From an uncultured virus (IMG/VR IMGVR_UViG_3300028283_000001) (taxonomy: Duplodnaviria; Heunggongvirae; Uroviricota; Caudoviricetes): 64,000 bases of DNA. The number at the start of each line of letters is the position of its first letter. Positions within the stretch are counted from its first letter, which is position 1. Of this stretch, positions 28,197 to 37,853 are shown in pieces. The stretch lies in IMG/VR virus record IMGVR_UViG_3300028283_000001; one strand, written 5' to 3'. Below the pieces are notes generated by a model, which saw only the letters and a list, made by a program, of their open reading frames with translations, had not been told where the DNA came from and ran no database searches. The translations under genes and the position numbers were made by a program.

Positions 28197-30236
28197 ATGA
28201 CTACTGCCGATAAAGCATCTCCGCGACCGGCAACTGAAGCTGCTTTTATGGATCTTTTCCAAACGAGCGACGAATGGGTTGTTGGTTCTTTGATCACCAT
28301 CTATAACAAACAAGAAATGGATGAAAAGGAAAAAGGAACAACGATTCGTCAAAACAATGTTGGATTCAACGGGATTGATGCTCCAATTCTTTCTGACATA
28401 GCTCGTTTTTACTTAGAAAAAGGACGGTTATCTGAAAAGCAAGTTTCTTTTATCCGCAGAACGATTCCTAAATACATCCGACAATTGATGGCATTCGGCG
28501 TTGAGCCGTTGCCTGTTACGGTTCATGTAGCGCCGAAATTCAATCCTGAAGAACCCCCTGCCGCTCTTATGCGTGCGGGGATTGTGGCTGGCAAGATTGC
28601 TATCAGTTTTTATTTCCCCAAAGGGGATCAGCGATTTGACGAAATATTGGGAAAGGTTAAATCATTAACGGGTCGGCGCTGGATATCATCAGAAAAGCGA
28701 TGGGAAGCCCCTGTGGCTTATGATACGCTGCTCAAATTAGTGGAATGGGGTTTTACCTTGAGCGACGCTGCTCAGGCCCGTCTGGACGCGCTCAAGGCTC
28801 CTGCTCCGGTTAAAACCAAAGCCGTTATGAAACTTGACAAAAGACTTTTCCCTTATCAAAAGGAAGGCGTTATTTTTCTTCAAGGCAAAAACGGGTCAGC
28901 AATTATTGGCGATGAGCAAGGGTTGGGTAAAACTTGTCAATACCTTACGTGGTTAGATCTTAACCCTTCCATTCGGCCAGCACTTATTATTTGCCCTGCA
29001 AGTCTTAAGCTGAATTGGGAAAAGGAAATAAAAATGTGGGTCAAGTCAAAAAATAAGACTCACATTATCACCGGCAAAACGCTTCATGCGCTTCCAAAAC
29101 GAGATATTTATATCATTAATTATGATATCCTCGGTGACGCAAAACTCGATCGTAAAGATCAGAAGCCAAAACCCAAAGGCTGGATTGTTGAATTGGAAAA
29201 GATTGGTCTGGAGTCTATTGTTTGTGACGAAATTCAACGGATTAAGTCCAGTGATGCACAAAGAAGCCGTGCGGCTTTATGGTTGGCCAAAAGGGTTGAA
29301 AGACGTTGTGGCCTCAGCGGGACCCCGATTAAAAATAAAGCTGTTGAATTGTTCAACCCTGTCAATTTTGTTTCGGATAGTATTTTTCCATCTTTTTGGC
29401 GGTTTACTGATGAGTTTACCGTTAAAGAACATAACGGTTTTGGGTGGTCATTTAAAGGGGTTAGAAATGCAGAAAAATTGCATAAAATTTTAACGGAAAC
29501 AATAATGATTCGCAGGAAAAAAGATCAAGTGCTTAAAGACTTGCCTCCTAAGACCCGTGCAACGATCCCGATGGAAATAAAAAACAAAAAAGAATATGAA
29601 AAGGTTATGGCCGGATTTCGGGCTTGGCTTCACGGAACGTATCGTGATAAGGCTGGCGGCTTACATAGTAATGCTGATAATCCGGCAGCCCGAATGGTGG
29701 AAATGGAAAAGTTAAAACAAGCCGTTATCGCCGGAAAGATGGACATGTGCATCGAGTGGATTGAAGACTTCCTGGAAAGCGAAAAGAAACTGGTGATTTT
29801 TGCTGTCCATAAAGAAACTTTGGATATTTTGCAGAAAAGGTTCCCCGATATATCTGTTCGTCTTGATGGCGGGACTGCTGCCAAGAATAGACAAAAGATT
29901 GTTGACCAATTTCAAACCGATGACAATATCAAATTGTTTCTTGGAAATATAATCGCCGCTGGTGAAGGAATCACTCTTACCGCAGCCAATGATGTCGCCT
30001 TTATGGAATACCCCTTTTGCCCCAGTGATGTTGTTCAAGCTGAGGACAGAACTCACCGCATTGGTCAAAAGAATAATGTTTCATGCTGGTACTTGGTTGC
30101 GGCTGGAACGATTGAAGAAAAGATTGTTACGATGCTTCAAGAAAAAGCAAAGGTTCTTGACCAAATACTTGACGGAAAAAGTGTTGACGACAGTTCAATA
30201 TTCGATGATCTTTTAAAATCAATAAGGGAGGAATAA
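28197..30236 (+). CDS. SNF2-family (HARP/SMARCAL1-like) helicase
   Basis: LFPYQKEGV, DEQGLGKT, CPASLKLNW, DEIQ, LSGTP, GEGITLTAA, QAEDRTHRIGQ. Confidence 0.92.
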   Translation: MTTADKASPRPATEAAFMDLFQTSDEWVVGSLITIYNKQEMDEKEKGTTIRQNNVGFNGIDAPILSDIARFYLEKGRLSEKQVSFIRRTIPKYIRQLMAFGVEPLPVTVHVAPKFNPEEPPAALMRAGIVAGKIAISFYFPKGDQRFDEILGKVKSLTGRRWISSEKRWEAPVAYDTLLKLVEWGFTLSDAAQARLDALKAPAPVKTKAVMKLDKRLFPYQKEGVIFLQGKNGSAIIGDEQGLGKTCQYLTWLDLNPSIRPALIICPASLKLNWEKEIKMWVKSKNKTHIITGKTLHALPKRDIYIINYDILGDAKLDRKDQKPKPKGWIVELEKIGLESIVCDEIQRIKSSDAQRSRAALWLAKRVERRCGLSGTPIKNKAVELFNPVNFVSDSIFPSFWRFTDEFTVKEHNGFGWSFKGVRNAEKLHKILTETIMIRRKKDQVLKDLPPKTRATIPMEIKNKKEYEKVMAGFRAWLHGTYRDKAGGLHSNADNPAARMVEMEKLKQAVIAGKMDMCIEWIEDFLESEKKLVIFAVHKETLDILQKRFPDISVRLDGGTAAKNRQKIVDQFQTDDNIKLFLGNIIAAGEGITLTAANDVAFMEYPFCPSDVVQAEDRTHRIGQKNNVSCWYLVAAGTIEEKIVTMLQEKAKVLDQILDGKSVDDSSIFDDLLKSIREE

Positions 30237-31147
30237 TGCCAATTTTTGATTCAGAAAAATTTTTGAATGAATATCGAATTGAAACGCATCCGGCTGGAAG
30301 CAAAAACGTGCCTTCCGGGTGCGTTGGTATTTGTTGCCCCTTTTGCGGCGATGGTTCCAACCATATGCATTTTCGTCTTAAGGGGTTTTACGTTCGATGT
30401 TGGCGTTGCGGTCCGCATAAATTGTTAAGCGTTGTTAGCCGACTGTTGCGGGTTTCGGAAATGGAGGCTCGGGCTATCATAGCCCCTTTTATTAGCGACT
30501 CACCTGCGACGCCACAGAGCGCTCAGCCTCGTGTTTTTGCCTCAACCGTTAAACTCCCTGGAGGCACTGGGGTGTTAATGGAAATCCACCAAAGGTATTT
30601 GCTTGATCGACAATTTGACCCGTTTAAAATCGAAAGAGAATGGGGAATAAAAGGAACAAATCATATTGACCCGTATTATAAATTCAGGATTGTTGCTCCA
30701 GTTTATGTTAACAACCAAATGGTTAGTTATCAGGCTCGTGATGTTACAAACATGCAAGCTCCACCATATAGGGCTTGCCGTCCGGAAGATGAAGTAATGA
30801 GTCATAAGGATGTTCTTTATGGAACTGATTTAGCCCGAGGAACATCAATTGTTGTGGTAGAAGGAATTACAGACGCTTGGAGGTTGGGCTCGGGGGCTGT
30901 AGCCACTTTTGGTGTTAAATGGACTGTTGCTCAAGCTATGAAAATTGTTCAGCATCCTTATTGGAATAGGGTATTTATTTTGTACGATGCTGATGAGGCA
31001 GGCCAAGTAGGAGGCGTAACGCTTTTCCATTTTTTGCGAGGGTTTATGAATAATGTAGAATTGCTTGAATTAAGTGAGTTTAGTGATCCTGGGTCAATGC
31101 CTGATGTTGAGGCACGTTATTTGATGAGAAAAGAACTAAAGATATAA
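30236..31147 (+). CDS. DNA primase (Zn finger + TOPRIM)
   Basis: CPFCGD...CWRCG zinc-binding domain; VVEGITD and YDADEAG TOPRIM motifs. Confidence 0.88.
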   Translation: MPIFDSEKFLNEYRIETHPAGSKNVPSGCVGICCPFCGDGSNHMHFRLKGFYVRCWRCGPHKLLSVVSRLLRVSEMEARAIIAPFISDSPATPQSAQPRVFASTVKLPGGTGVLMEIHQRYLLDRQFDPFKIEREWGIKGTNHIDPYYKFRIVAPVYVNNQMVSYQARDVTNMQAPPYRACRPEDEVMSHKDVLYGTDLARGTSIVVVEGITDAWRLGSGAVATFGVKWTVAQAMKIVQHPYWNRVFILYDADEAGQVGGVTLFHFLRGFMNNVELLELSEFSDPGSMPDVEARYLMRKELKI

Positions 31148-31169
31148 AATTAATAAAGGAGATAATAAA

Positions 31170-31568
31170 ATGATCGTAAATTGCACGCCCCACAGAATTA
31201 ATTTCAACAATCGCCAAGTCCTGGAACCTTCGGGAATTGTAGCAAGGGTTTTTTCAGTTCATACCCGAACAGGATCCGTAGCCGTTGAACCTTGTTTGGG
31301 AGGAATTGACGAGCATGAGCATCGGGTGTATTGTGGATGTCCATGCCAAGAAGAGGGATGGACCGTCCCATCCTTTTCTATCACTTTTGGGGAGATCGTG
31401 GATCTCCCGGAACCTGCAGCAGACACAATTTTTGTGGTAGCTGCAATTGTCAAAGACGCTGCAAAAGCATTGGGCAGGACTGATGTTTGCAGCCCAGCTA
31501 CCGGCCATCCTGATTGCGTTCGCAATGATAAGGGGCAGATCGTGTCTGTTCCAGGTCTTGTGTTCTAA
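31170..31568 (+). CDS. Conserved hypothetical phage protein
   Basis: N.TPH, PSG.VARV, LPEP, RNDKGQI motifs; AAGGAG RBS. Confidence 0.7.
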   Translation: MIVNCTPHRINFNNRQVLEPSGIVARVFSVHTRTGSVAVEPCLGGIDEHEHRVYCGCPCQEEGWTVPSFSITFGEIVDLPEPAADTIFVVAAIVKDAAKALGRTDVCSPATGHPDCVRNDKGQIVSVPGLVF

Positions 31569-31605
31569 GGGGCAATGAAATTCATTTAATAAAGGAGTTA
31601 CGAGT

Positions 31606-32121
31606 ATGAAAATTATAAATAGATTTACTGGCAATATTATTTTTGAGCATGAATCAGATAATTTGAAAATAGTGGTTGAAGCTGCTGTTTCGCTGAAAGT
31701 TTCCTTGAGATCCGCCAACCTGGGATACGCCGACCTGAGATACGCCGACCTGAGATACGCCGACCTGAGATCCGCCAACCTGGAATACGCCAACCTGGGA
31801 TACGCCAACCTGGGATCCGCCAACCTGAGATCCGCCAACCTGGAATTCGCCAACCTGGAATTCGCCAACCTGAGATCCGCCAACCTGGGATACGCCGACC
31901 TGAGATACGCCGACCTGGACTTTACATCAGGATTAAATTTTTCATGCAAAACATTCGGTATAAAAGCTGATATGCGACTTGCCGCTCAAATAGCGTACCA
32001 CTTTTGTCGTATTGATTTTGGGGATTGCGATGATGCGAAAAAGGCACAGTCTGATATTCGACTGTTAGCTAATAAATTTCATCGCGTTGCCGAATGTGGG
32101 AAAATAGAGGAGCCTAAATAA
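31606..32121 (+). CDS. Pentapeptide repeat protein
   Basis: About 14 A(N/D)Lxx repeats. Confidence 0.92.
   Translation: MKIINRFTGNIIFEHESDNLKIVVEAAVSLKVSLRSANLGYADLRYADLRYADLRSANLEYANLGYANLGSANLRSANLEFANLEFANLRSANLGYADLRYADLDFTSGLNFSCKTFGIKADMRLAAQIAYHFCRIDFGDCDDAKKAQSDIRLLANKFHRVAECGKIEEPK
31711..31920 (+). repeat. 15-bp tandem repeat (14 units) encoding the pentapeptide repeats
   Basis: T(C/A/T)CGCC(A/G)ACCTG(A/G)(G/A)A-type units. Confidence 0.9.
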
Positions 32122-32555
32122 TGATAAAATATATTCTTGTATTTATATTGATCGTGCTAATGGCGCTGCTATGTTCCCTGGAATCATGGGGCGGCTGCAC
32201 GGATTGTGAAGGGTATGGGCACTTCAGCCAGCAGATGCAGAAAACAATTGAGGAAAAGATCACCATCATTCCCGGTTTTAGCGTTAAATGCTACCCGTGG
32301 GGCCGTTCATTGCAGTCGGAAACCTATTGCACTTGTGACTTGCGTTTTCCGGTGTTTCCTGCAGGGAATCAGGTGGAAAATGCGCGTTCGGTCCATGCTG
32401 CACAAAATATTGCTGACATCTTTGCGGCCCGGTTCCGGGAGGAGGTCCCTCTTAACACACTGCTTCAAGCGTGGGTGGGGAATCGGCTGGTGTACCAAAT
32501 TTATTATTTTCATCAATTTGATTTATTTCAGCGTGGGTTGACGGCGCCATGGTAG
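32121..32555 (+). CDS. Hypothetical exported protein
   Basis: N-terminal hydrophobic signal followed by CxxC. Confidence 0.55.
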   Translation: MIKYILVFILIVLMALLCSLESWGGCTDCEGYGHFSQQMQKTIEEKITIIPGFSVKCYPWGRSLQSETYCTCDLRFPVFPAGNQVENARSVHAAQNIADIFAARFREEVPLNTLLQAWVGNRLVYQIYYFHQFDLFQRGLTAPW

Positions 32556-32642
32556 TTTTAATTAACCTTATACAAAAATTAATAACGGTTTACTTTTAAT
32601 TATAAAGATTATAAAAGTATAAGTGATTTGTTCCCCCATTAC

Positions 32643-32730
32643 AAGCGGCGCTGACTGGCCAGTCGGTTAAAAACAGAAGATGCTCGTAACATTTTCAAGC
32701 CGCTTTTCTTATTAACCTTTTACGAGGAGG
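32643..32730 (+). promoter_or_regulatory. Structured 5' leader upstream of the replication initiator
   Basis: Stem AAGCGGC/GCCGCTT, inner palindrome GACTGGCCAGTC, and CTCGTAA complementary to TTACGAG overlapping the GAGGAGG RBS. Confidence 0.55.
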
Positions 32731-32824
32731 TACCTCTGTATGAATCAAATAAAACAATTAGAATATTATCGTATTAACCATGACATTCTTAACAATGATA
32801 TTGCATTGAAGATTGGAGAATGTC

Positions 32825-34189
32825 ATGGTTAAATTATATTACGATGATACTGAACAAGAGTTTGGACTACCAGATATAACTATTCCTGCTGTTGCTCATT
32901 TTAATAAGGAATTATCTCAAACAGATAAAATAATATTTGGAATTATTAGAAACCTTTCTCATTCTCCAAAAGGATGTTGGGCAACAAATAGATATATAAG
33001 TTTTTATGTAAGTGTAAGTGCTGATGTTGTTTCAAAATCTATTTCTTACCTTGCAAAGTTAGAATATCTTATAGTTAAATTTTTAAGAAAAAATGATAAT
33101 ACAACTGTTAGGGAAATCCATATAAACCCTAATGTTGAAAATATTTATATGGATATGTTAAGAAATAGATTCTTAGAAATTCAACATTTAAGATATCCTA
33201 AAATAGATGATTTTGATTATACCCCCATAGTTAAAAATAACTACCCCCCCCCGGTGAAAACGCCTAACAATATACTAGACTATAATACTACCTCTAGAGA
33301 GGTAGTTCAAGCACTTCCTGCGGAAGCGTCATTAATTCGATCTTTTTCTCGAAGATCAAAACCAGTAATTCTGCCTCAAGAAAAAACCCCTAATCAAAAA
33401 ATTTATCATATCCCTAAAAGACATCCTGCATGGCAATTGATTACAATCTGGAATGCCGCTCCAGGGTATCATCGCAAACATAAGATAGATCCTATTTCAA
33501 AAACACTTTATGATGTTCGTGTTTATTATGACCAGTTGGTCAATGGAACATTCTTTCGAAACAATAAAGTTGAAAGCAAACTTCCTTTGATTAGCAATAA
33601 GTTTCTTCAATGGGAAAAAGATCGAAAGAAATTTACTTACCAGGAAATTAGTAAAGCCCTTGAAGGCGTTATGCTCAGTTATTGCGGTGGCTATTGGCCA
33701 AAAAATAAAAAATGGTTGCCCAAATCATTATCATCATTAATTTTCAATCCTCGCAATAATCAATCCATGTTGTTAGAATCAATGATCATTCCCTCTAAGA
33801 AGTTAAACCAAGAAATTATAGAAAAAGAATATGATGTTGAAATGAATGCAGAAATTCTTAAAACTGTTTTTGCCGAACGGAATAACAACAATGTGCGAAC
33901 AGTAAACAATTTTTGCTTATGGATGGAAAAGATTCATTCCAAAACATGGTCTTTATTTGTTGAAAACCAATTCAGCACAGCTGGCCTCAACTTTAAGGAT
34001 AGGTTTCCTTCATGGCAACGATTTGTAAATGGATATATGGAATGGAGGAAAGAAAAGAAACAGACTTTGGCCCTTGACGATTTTCGAGTAGGGTGTCAGC
34101 CAGTGTTTTGGTGGTTTGAATTATTGGAGACCACCGGGGATAAAGGACTGGGGTATGAGGATGAAGACTTTAAAATAGTCAGGCCGTAA
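32825..34189 (+). CDS. Replication initiator-like protein (N-terminal winged HTH)
   Basis: LSQTDKIIFG.I.NLS....GCWATNRYIS......VSKSIS.L....YL; upstream of the DnaB-like helicase; very AT-rich. Confidence 0.65.
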   Translation: MVKLYYDDTEQEFGLPDITIPAVAHFNKELSQTDKIIFGIIRNLSHSPKGCWATNRYISFYVSVSADVVSKSISYLAKLEYLIVKFLRKNDNTTVREIHINPNVENIYMDMLRNRFLEIQHLRYPKIDDFDYTPIVKNNYPPPVKTPNNILDYNTTSREVVQALPAEASLIRSFSRRSKPVILPQEKTPNQKIYHIPKRHPAWQLITIWNAAPGYHRKHKIDPISKTLYDVRVYYDQLVNGTFFRNNKVESKLPLISNKFLQWEKDRKKFTYQEISKALEGVMLSYCGGYWPKNKKWLPKSLSSLIFNPRNNQSMLLESMIIPSKKLNQEIIEKEYDVEMNAEILKTVFAERNNNNVRTVNNFCLWMEKIHSKTWSLFVENQFSTAGLNFKDRFPSWQRFVNGYMEWRKEKKQTLALDDFRVGCQPVFWWFELLETTGDKGLGYEDEDFKIVRP

Positions 34190-34204
34190 AAAGGGTTATT
34201 AAAT

Positions 34205-34308
34205 AGCCTTAAACACAAAAGATAGACGACCTGTGGCGATCGCTGCGTCGTGTTTAGGGGTTGGGGTAAGGGGTTATAAGGGGGGTTGTTTTTGACCATG
34301 TAGCGGGG
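34205..34308 (+). repeat. Divergent copy of the dispersed element
   Basis: AGCCTTAAACACAAAAGATAGACGAC..GATCGCTGCGTCGTG, the box in inverted form (GGTAAGGGGTTATA), and TGTAGCGGGG as downstream of copy A. Confidence 0.7.
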
Positions 34309-34329
34309 CTGTGAGAAAGGAAGATATAA

Positions 34330-35871
34330 ATGTCAATAATTAAACGGGTTGCTCCTGTTGATTCCCGAATTGAGAGGCAAATTCTTACCGGGATTATTGT
34401 AAACACTCGATTCTGTCAATGTGTTAAGCCGTTATGGAGAGAAGACGCGTTGCAGTTTCCTTATTCAAAAATTATTGGGAGGTGGTGCCAGGAATATTAT
34501 GACAGATATAATGAAGCTCCTGGTCGGCACATAGAGGATATTTTTCTTGATAAATCTAGCACATTAAATCCAGATGATAGAGAAGCGATTCGAGAATTTC
34601 TTAATGGTATAAGTGAAGAATATGATGGAGTTTTTAACGTAGATTATATTATGGATAACACAGAGAAACATTTCCGTATTGCTTCTCTTGCTCGGTTGCA
34701 GGAAAAAATTGGGTCAATGCTTTTATCGGGGAATACGGAAGAGGCTGAAGGGTTGGTAAGGAAATATGTGCGTCCTGCGTTGCCGGAAAATAAAGGGGGA
34801 AAGCCGCTGACAGATTTACCTCGTATATTGGATATGTTTGCTATACAGGAAACTAATTCTGTGTTTGTTTTTCCAGGGGCATTAGGGCAAATGATAGGCC
34901 CGATAAGTAGAGGGGAGTTGGCAGCGATTGTTGGACCTTCTGGAGTGGGGAAAACGTGGTGGTTGATTATGATTGCTGTTAGCGCGGCATTGCGTGGGTT
35001 AAATGTGGCATTTTTTAGTTTTGAAATGCCTGAGCATCAGATTTTTCGACGAATACAACAAATGATTACTGGCACGACGAAAGTTGGGAAAGGGGGGTCA
35101 GTGTTGATCCCTGTTTGGGATTGTGCTAAGAATCAAACTAACGAATGTGAGAATGTAAACCGAGTTAATTATGTTAAGCTGTGGACTGGGCAAGGGGAAA
35201 AGCCAAGTTTTAAGTATGCCCCGGTGGGGTATAAACCTTGTGATTATTGCCGGTTGAATAACCCTAAAGAGTGGTTTTGTAACACATGGTATGAATTGCA
35301 GGTTAGAAATGAAATTAGTGAACAATTAATTAGAGAAAAGCATAGAGCGTTGATGGGGGCATATAATGGAAGAATAGGGGATTTTCATGTTATTGCGGAA
35401 CCGAGCGGGACAATGTCTGTTTCGGATATTAGGATATATTTGAAGAATCGTGAATACTATGATGGGGTTGTTGTAGATATGGTTATTACTGATAGCGCAG
35501 ATAAAATGAAAGCGGATGGGAAATATGATGAACCTCGTCATGGCCTTTATCAAATCTGGATGCAACATAAGGCATTGGCAGAAGAGTTGCATGCTGGGGT
35601 TATAACTGTTAGCCATAGCAATACGGAAAGAAGCGGGAAGAGAATAAAACAAGGGGACTGGGCTGAAGATATTAGGAAGTTGCGTGAATCAGATGTGGCT
35701 TGGGCATTGAACCAAACATTGCAAGATAAAGAACGGGGAATATATTCTGTTAACATGCTTAAAAAGCGTGATGATGAATTTCATGTTAACCAAGCAGTTA
35801 CAGTTTTAACCTCATTAACTATTGGGCGTCCGTGTTTAGATTCGGCACCTGAAAGGAGGGCAATAAAATAA
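34330..35871 (+). CDS. dnaB: DnaB-like replicative helicase
   Basis: Walker A GPSGVGKT, FFSFEMP, VITDSADKM, KALAEEL, AEDIRK; Cys-rich insert. Confidence 0.85.
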   Translation: MSIIKRVAPVDSRIERQILTGIIVNTRFCQCVKPLWREDALQFPYSKIIGRWCQEYYDRYNEAPGRHIEDIFLDKSSTLNPDDREAIREFLNGISEEYDGVFNVDYIMDNTEKHFRIASLARLQEKIGSMLLSGNTEEAEGLVRKYVRPALPENKGGKPLTDLPRILDMFAIQETNSVFVFPGALGQMIGPISRGELAAIVGPSGVGKTWWLIMIAVSAALRGLNVAFFSFEMPEHQIFRRIQQMITGTTKVGKGGSVLIPVWDCAKNQTNECENVNRVNYVKLWTGQGEKPSFKYAPVGYKPCDYCRLNNPKEWFCNTWYELQVRNEISEQLIREKHRALMGAYNGRIGDFHVIAEPSGTMSVSDIRIYLKNREYYDGVVVDMVITDSADKMKADGKYDEPRHGLYQIWMQHKALAEELHAGVITVSHSNTERSGKRIKQGDWAEDIRKLRESDVAWALNQTLQDKERGIYSVNMLKKRDDEFHVNQAVTVLTSLTIGRPCLDSAPERRAIK

Positions 35872-35872
35872 T

Positions 35873-35903
35873 TTTAAGAAACCATAAGTAAATATTATTA
35901 TAT
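35873..35903 (+). promoter_or_regulatory. Candidate phage-specific promoter, copy 1
   Basis: TTTAAGAAAC-N8-AATATTATTATAT; same layout at 43554. Confidence 0.55.
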
Positions 35904-35953
35904 GTTATAGGTAGGACAAGAACCAAAAAACAAATTTTTAAAGGAGACAAGTT

Positions 35954-36583
35954 ATGCCAAGAAAAAAAGTTGAACCTGTTGTTGAACCTGTTGTTGAACC
36001 TGTTGTTGAACCTGTTGTTGATGACGACGCTGTTGTTGAGGCTGCAGAAGACATGAATGATGTTCTCTGCCTTGATCCCGAAATTGATGTCACTCGGCCC
36101 ATTGACGTGGTCCGGAAAGAGGTGCTTAAATCTGCGGAACTGATTCTTTACACGGATATTGCGGATATTGGTCAAGTGGACGAAGATGGAAACAAGCCTC
36201 CGTTGTTGAGTGAAGAAACGCAGACCACTTTAACCGGATTGGGCTTTGTTTTTCCTGGGGCAGAAGATGCGCCTAAACCTGCCAAGGAATCCAAACCTGC
36301 CAAGGAATCCAAACCTGCCAAGGAATCCAAACCTGCCAAGGAATCCAAACCTGCCAAGGAATCCAAACCTGCCAAGGAAGATTTAGGGAAAACTGCGTAT
36401 GGCCATCGGGTTGGTTCGATGAGGGGGGACATTGATATGTTTGTTGAAGGCGTTTTAAAAACAGGCAAAAAGAAAATTAGTTGTGTTGCAACGGAAAAGG
36501 GCACTGGGGCTGCGCCCAGAAAGGTAAAAAAACATTTGGCCCGGTTGAAACAGGAAGGGTTGGAAATTGAAATCGTAGATTAA
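35954..36583 (+). CDS. Hypothetical protein with VEPV x4 and KPAKES x5 repeats
   Basis: AAGGAG RBS; acidic N-terminal half and basic C-terminus. Confidence 0.75.
   Translation: MPRKKVEPVVEPVVEPVVEPVVDDDAVVEAAEDMNDVLCLDPEIDVTRPIDVVRKEVLKSAELILYTDIADIGQVDEDGNKPPLLSEETQTTLTGLGFVFPGAEDAPKPAKESKPAKESKPAKESKPAKESKPAKESKPAKEDLGKTAYGHRVGSMRGDIDMFVEGVLKTGKKKISCVATEKGTGAAPRKVKKHLARLKQEGLEIEIVD
36275..36379 (+). repeat. Perfect 18-bp tandem repeat (5.8 units)
   Basis: AAACCTGCCAAGGAATCC; also GTTGAACCTGTT x4 at 35969-36016. Confidence 0.95.
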
Positions 36584-36613
36584 TTAATTTTTCAGCCGCG
36601 TAATTTAAAATAA

Positions 36614-36645
36614 AAAGGTCCCCTAATAAAAAAGGGGATCTTTTG
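36614..36645 (+). terminator. Possible terminator hairpin
   Basis: AAAGGTCCCCT...AGGGGATCTTTT. Confidence 0.55.
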
Positions 36646-36669
36646 TTATTAAACAACAAAGAAAAGGAA

Positions 36670-37458
36670 ATGGAAATGGCAAGAGCAAAGAAAGGTTCTG
36701 CATTGGTCACACCTAAACAGGCGGTTGCATCATTTACGGCGAGTTCTTTATTGAAGATTCTTAATGCTGGGCATTTGGGCGGTGCCATTGAGGAGTTGGT
36801 TCTTACTGTTGAGGATGGTGTTGGAACTGTTTCCGCAGTGGATAAAACGTCTTGCGTGTTTGCTTTTGCGCAAGGTGATGTTGGTGAAATTAAAAATGCA
36901 GTCATCGGCCTCAAGGAAGTAGGCTTCTTTATTAAGGCGATTGGCGCTGCTGGCTCAGAAAAGATTGAATTTCTTGTTGAAGATGATCGGTGGTTTAAGT
37001 TGCAGATGGTCAATGCGGGTGAGATCAAAATTCTTTTGACAGCTCCAGATATGATTCCAACAGCAATCTCCAATTACAACGAGCCTATCGATAAAATGAA
37101 GGCTTCTGTCACTCATGCGATGGGACTGAACAAGGAAGCTGTTGACAAGTTTCTTTACTTCCAGGAATTGGTCAAGAATACCACGACAACGATCAGTGTC
37201 AAAAACGGGTTATTGTCAATTGGTTCAGGCAAGTATGAGACCCGTACGTTTCAGGTCCCGATGGGGCCAATTGCTGGGCCGGATATGACCGTGGTTGTGT
37301 TTGGTGAATTTCTTAAGGCGGTTCTTTCGGTTCTGGATTGGTCTGAAGGGGCCTGTGGAAAACCCACTATTTTTTTGGGCAAAGACGCTCCAGTTTTGAT
37401 TGAGCAAGATCCGGATTATTTTTGGAGCCTCAGCCCTTCTGCAGAGGGAGGAGAATAA
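36670..37458 (+). CDS. Putative DNA sliding clamp
   Basis: About 260 aa with the beta-alpha-beta pattern of clamps (SAVDKTS, FGEFLKAVLS, KDAPVLIE..YFWSLSP); lies in a module with DnaE and a clamp loader. Confidence 0.6.
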   Translation: MEMARAKKGSALVTPKQAVASFTASSLLKILNAGHLGGAIEELVLTVEDGVGTVSAVDKTSCVFAFAQGDVGEIKNAVIGLKEVGFFIKAIGAAGSEKIEFLVEDDRWFKLQMVNAGEIKILLTAPDMIPTAISNYNEPIDKMKASVTHAMGLNKEAVDKFLYFQELVKNTTTTISVKNGLLSIGSGKYETRTFQVPMGPIAGPDMTVVVFGEFLKAVLSVLDWSEGACGKPTIFLGKDAPVLIEQDPDYFWSLSPSAEGGE

Positions 37459-37853
37459 TGGGATTTGAACAGTTTTTCAATATCAGTGGGGATAAGGTTA
37501 AAAAGTATGAATCTCTGCTGAAGACCGCTAAAACGGAAAATGAAAAACGAGAATTTGAATCCGCATTATTGGTTCCTGTGGCGTTGCCTGATTTTGGGGG
37601 GCAACGTCCAACCGCTGATGCAATAGAGGATTTAACGGCTCGTTTGGTGTTTGCGAATGAAGAGGAGGCTGCTCTATTTAATCGACATTTCAAAGTCAGC
37701 CAATACGTGGAACGATCTTGTCATGATTTGAAGTTATTGATTGGGTTACTCCAATTGGTTGAAGAAGGGAAAATTAATTATGACGCAAGAACAGGAGCAG
37801 TGCATATCGTTGTTAGAGAAACAACTTATCAAAGACGGTCAAAAGTGGGTTAA
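37458..37853 (+). CDS. Hypothetical protein
   Basis: GGAGG/GGAG RBS; overlaps the start of the radical SAM gene. Confidence 0.6.
   Translation: MGFEQFFNISGDKVKKYESLLKTAKTENEKREFESALLVPVALPDFGGQRPTADAIEDLTARLVFANEEEAALFNRHFKVSQYVERSCHDLKLLIGLLQLVEEGKINYDARTGAVHIVVRETTYQRRSKVG

Noticed and set aside
31170..31568. Anti-CRISPR ring nuclease (AcrIII-1) assignment
   Set aside because: Lacks the NAFS and GH motifs I associate with that family; left as hypothetical.
31254..31949. Minus-strand repetitive ORF, or a possible CRISPR array
   Set aside because: It mirrors the pentapeptide repeats; the units are contiguous with no unique spacers and there are no cas genes.
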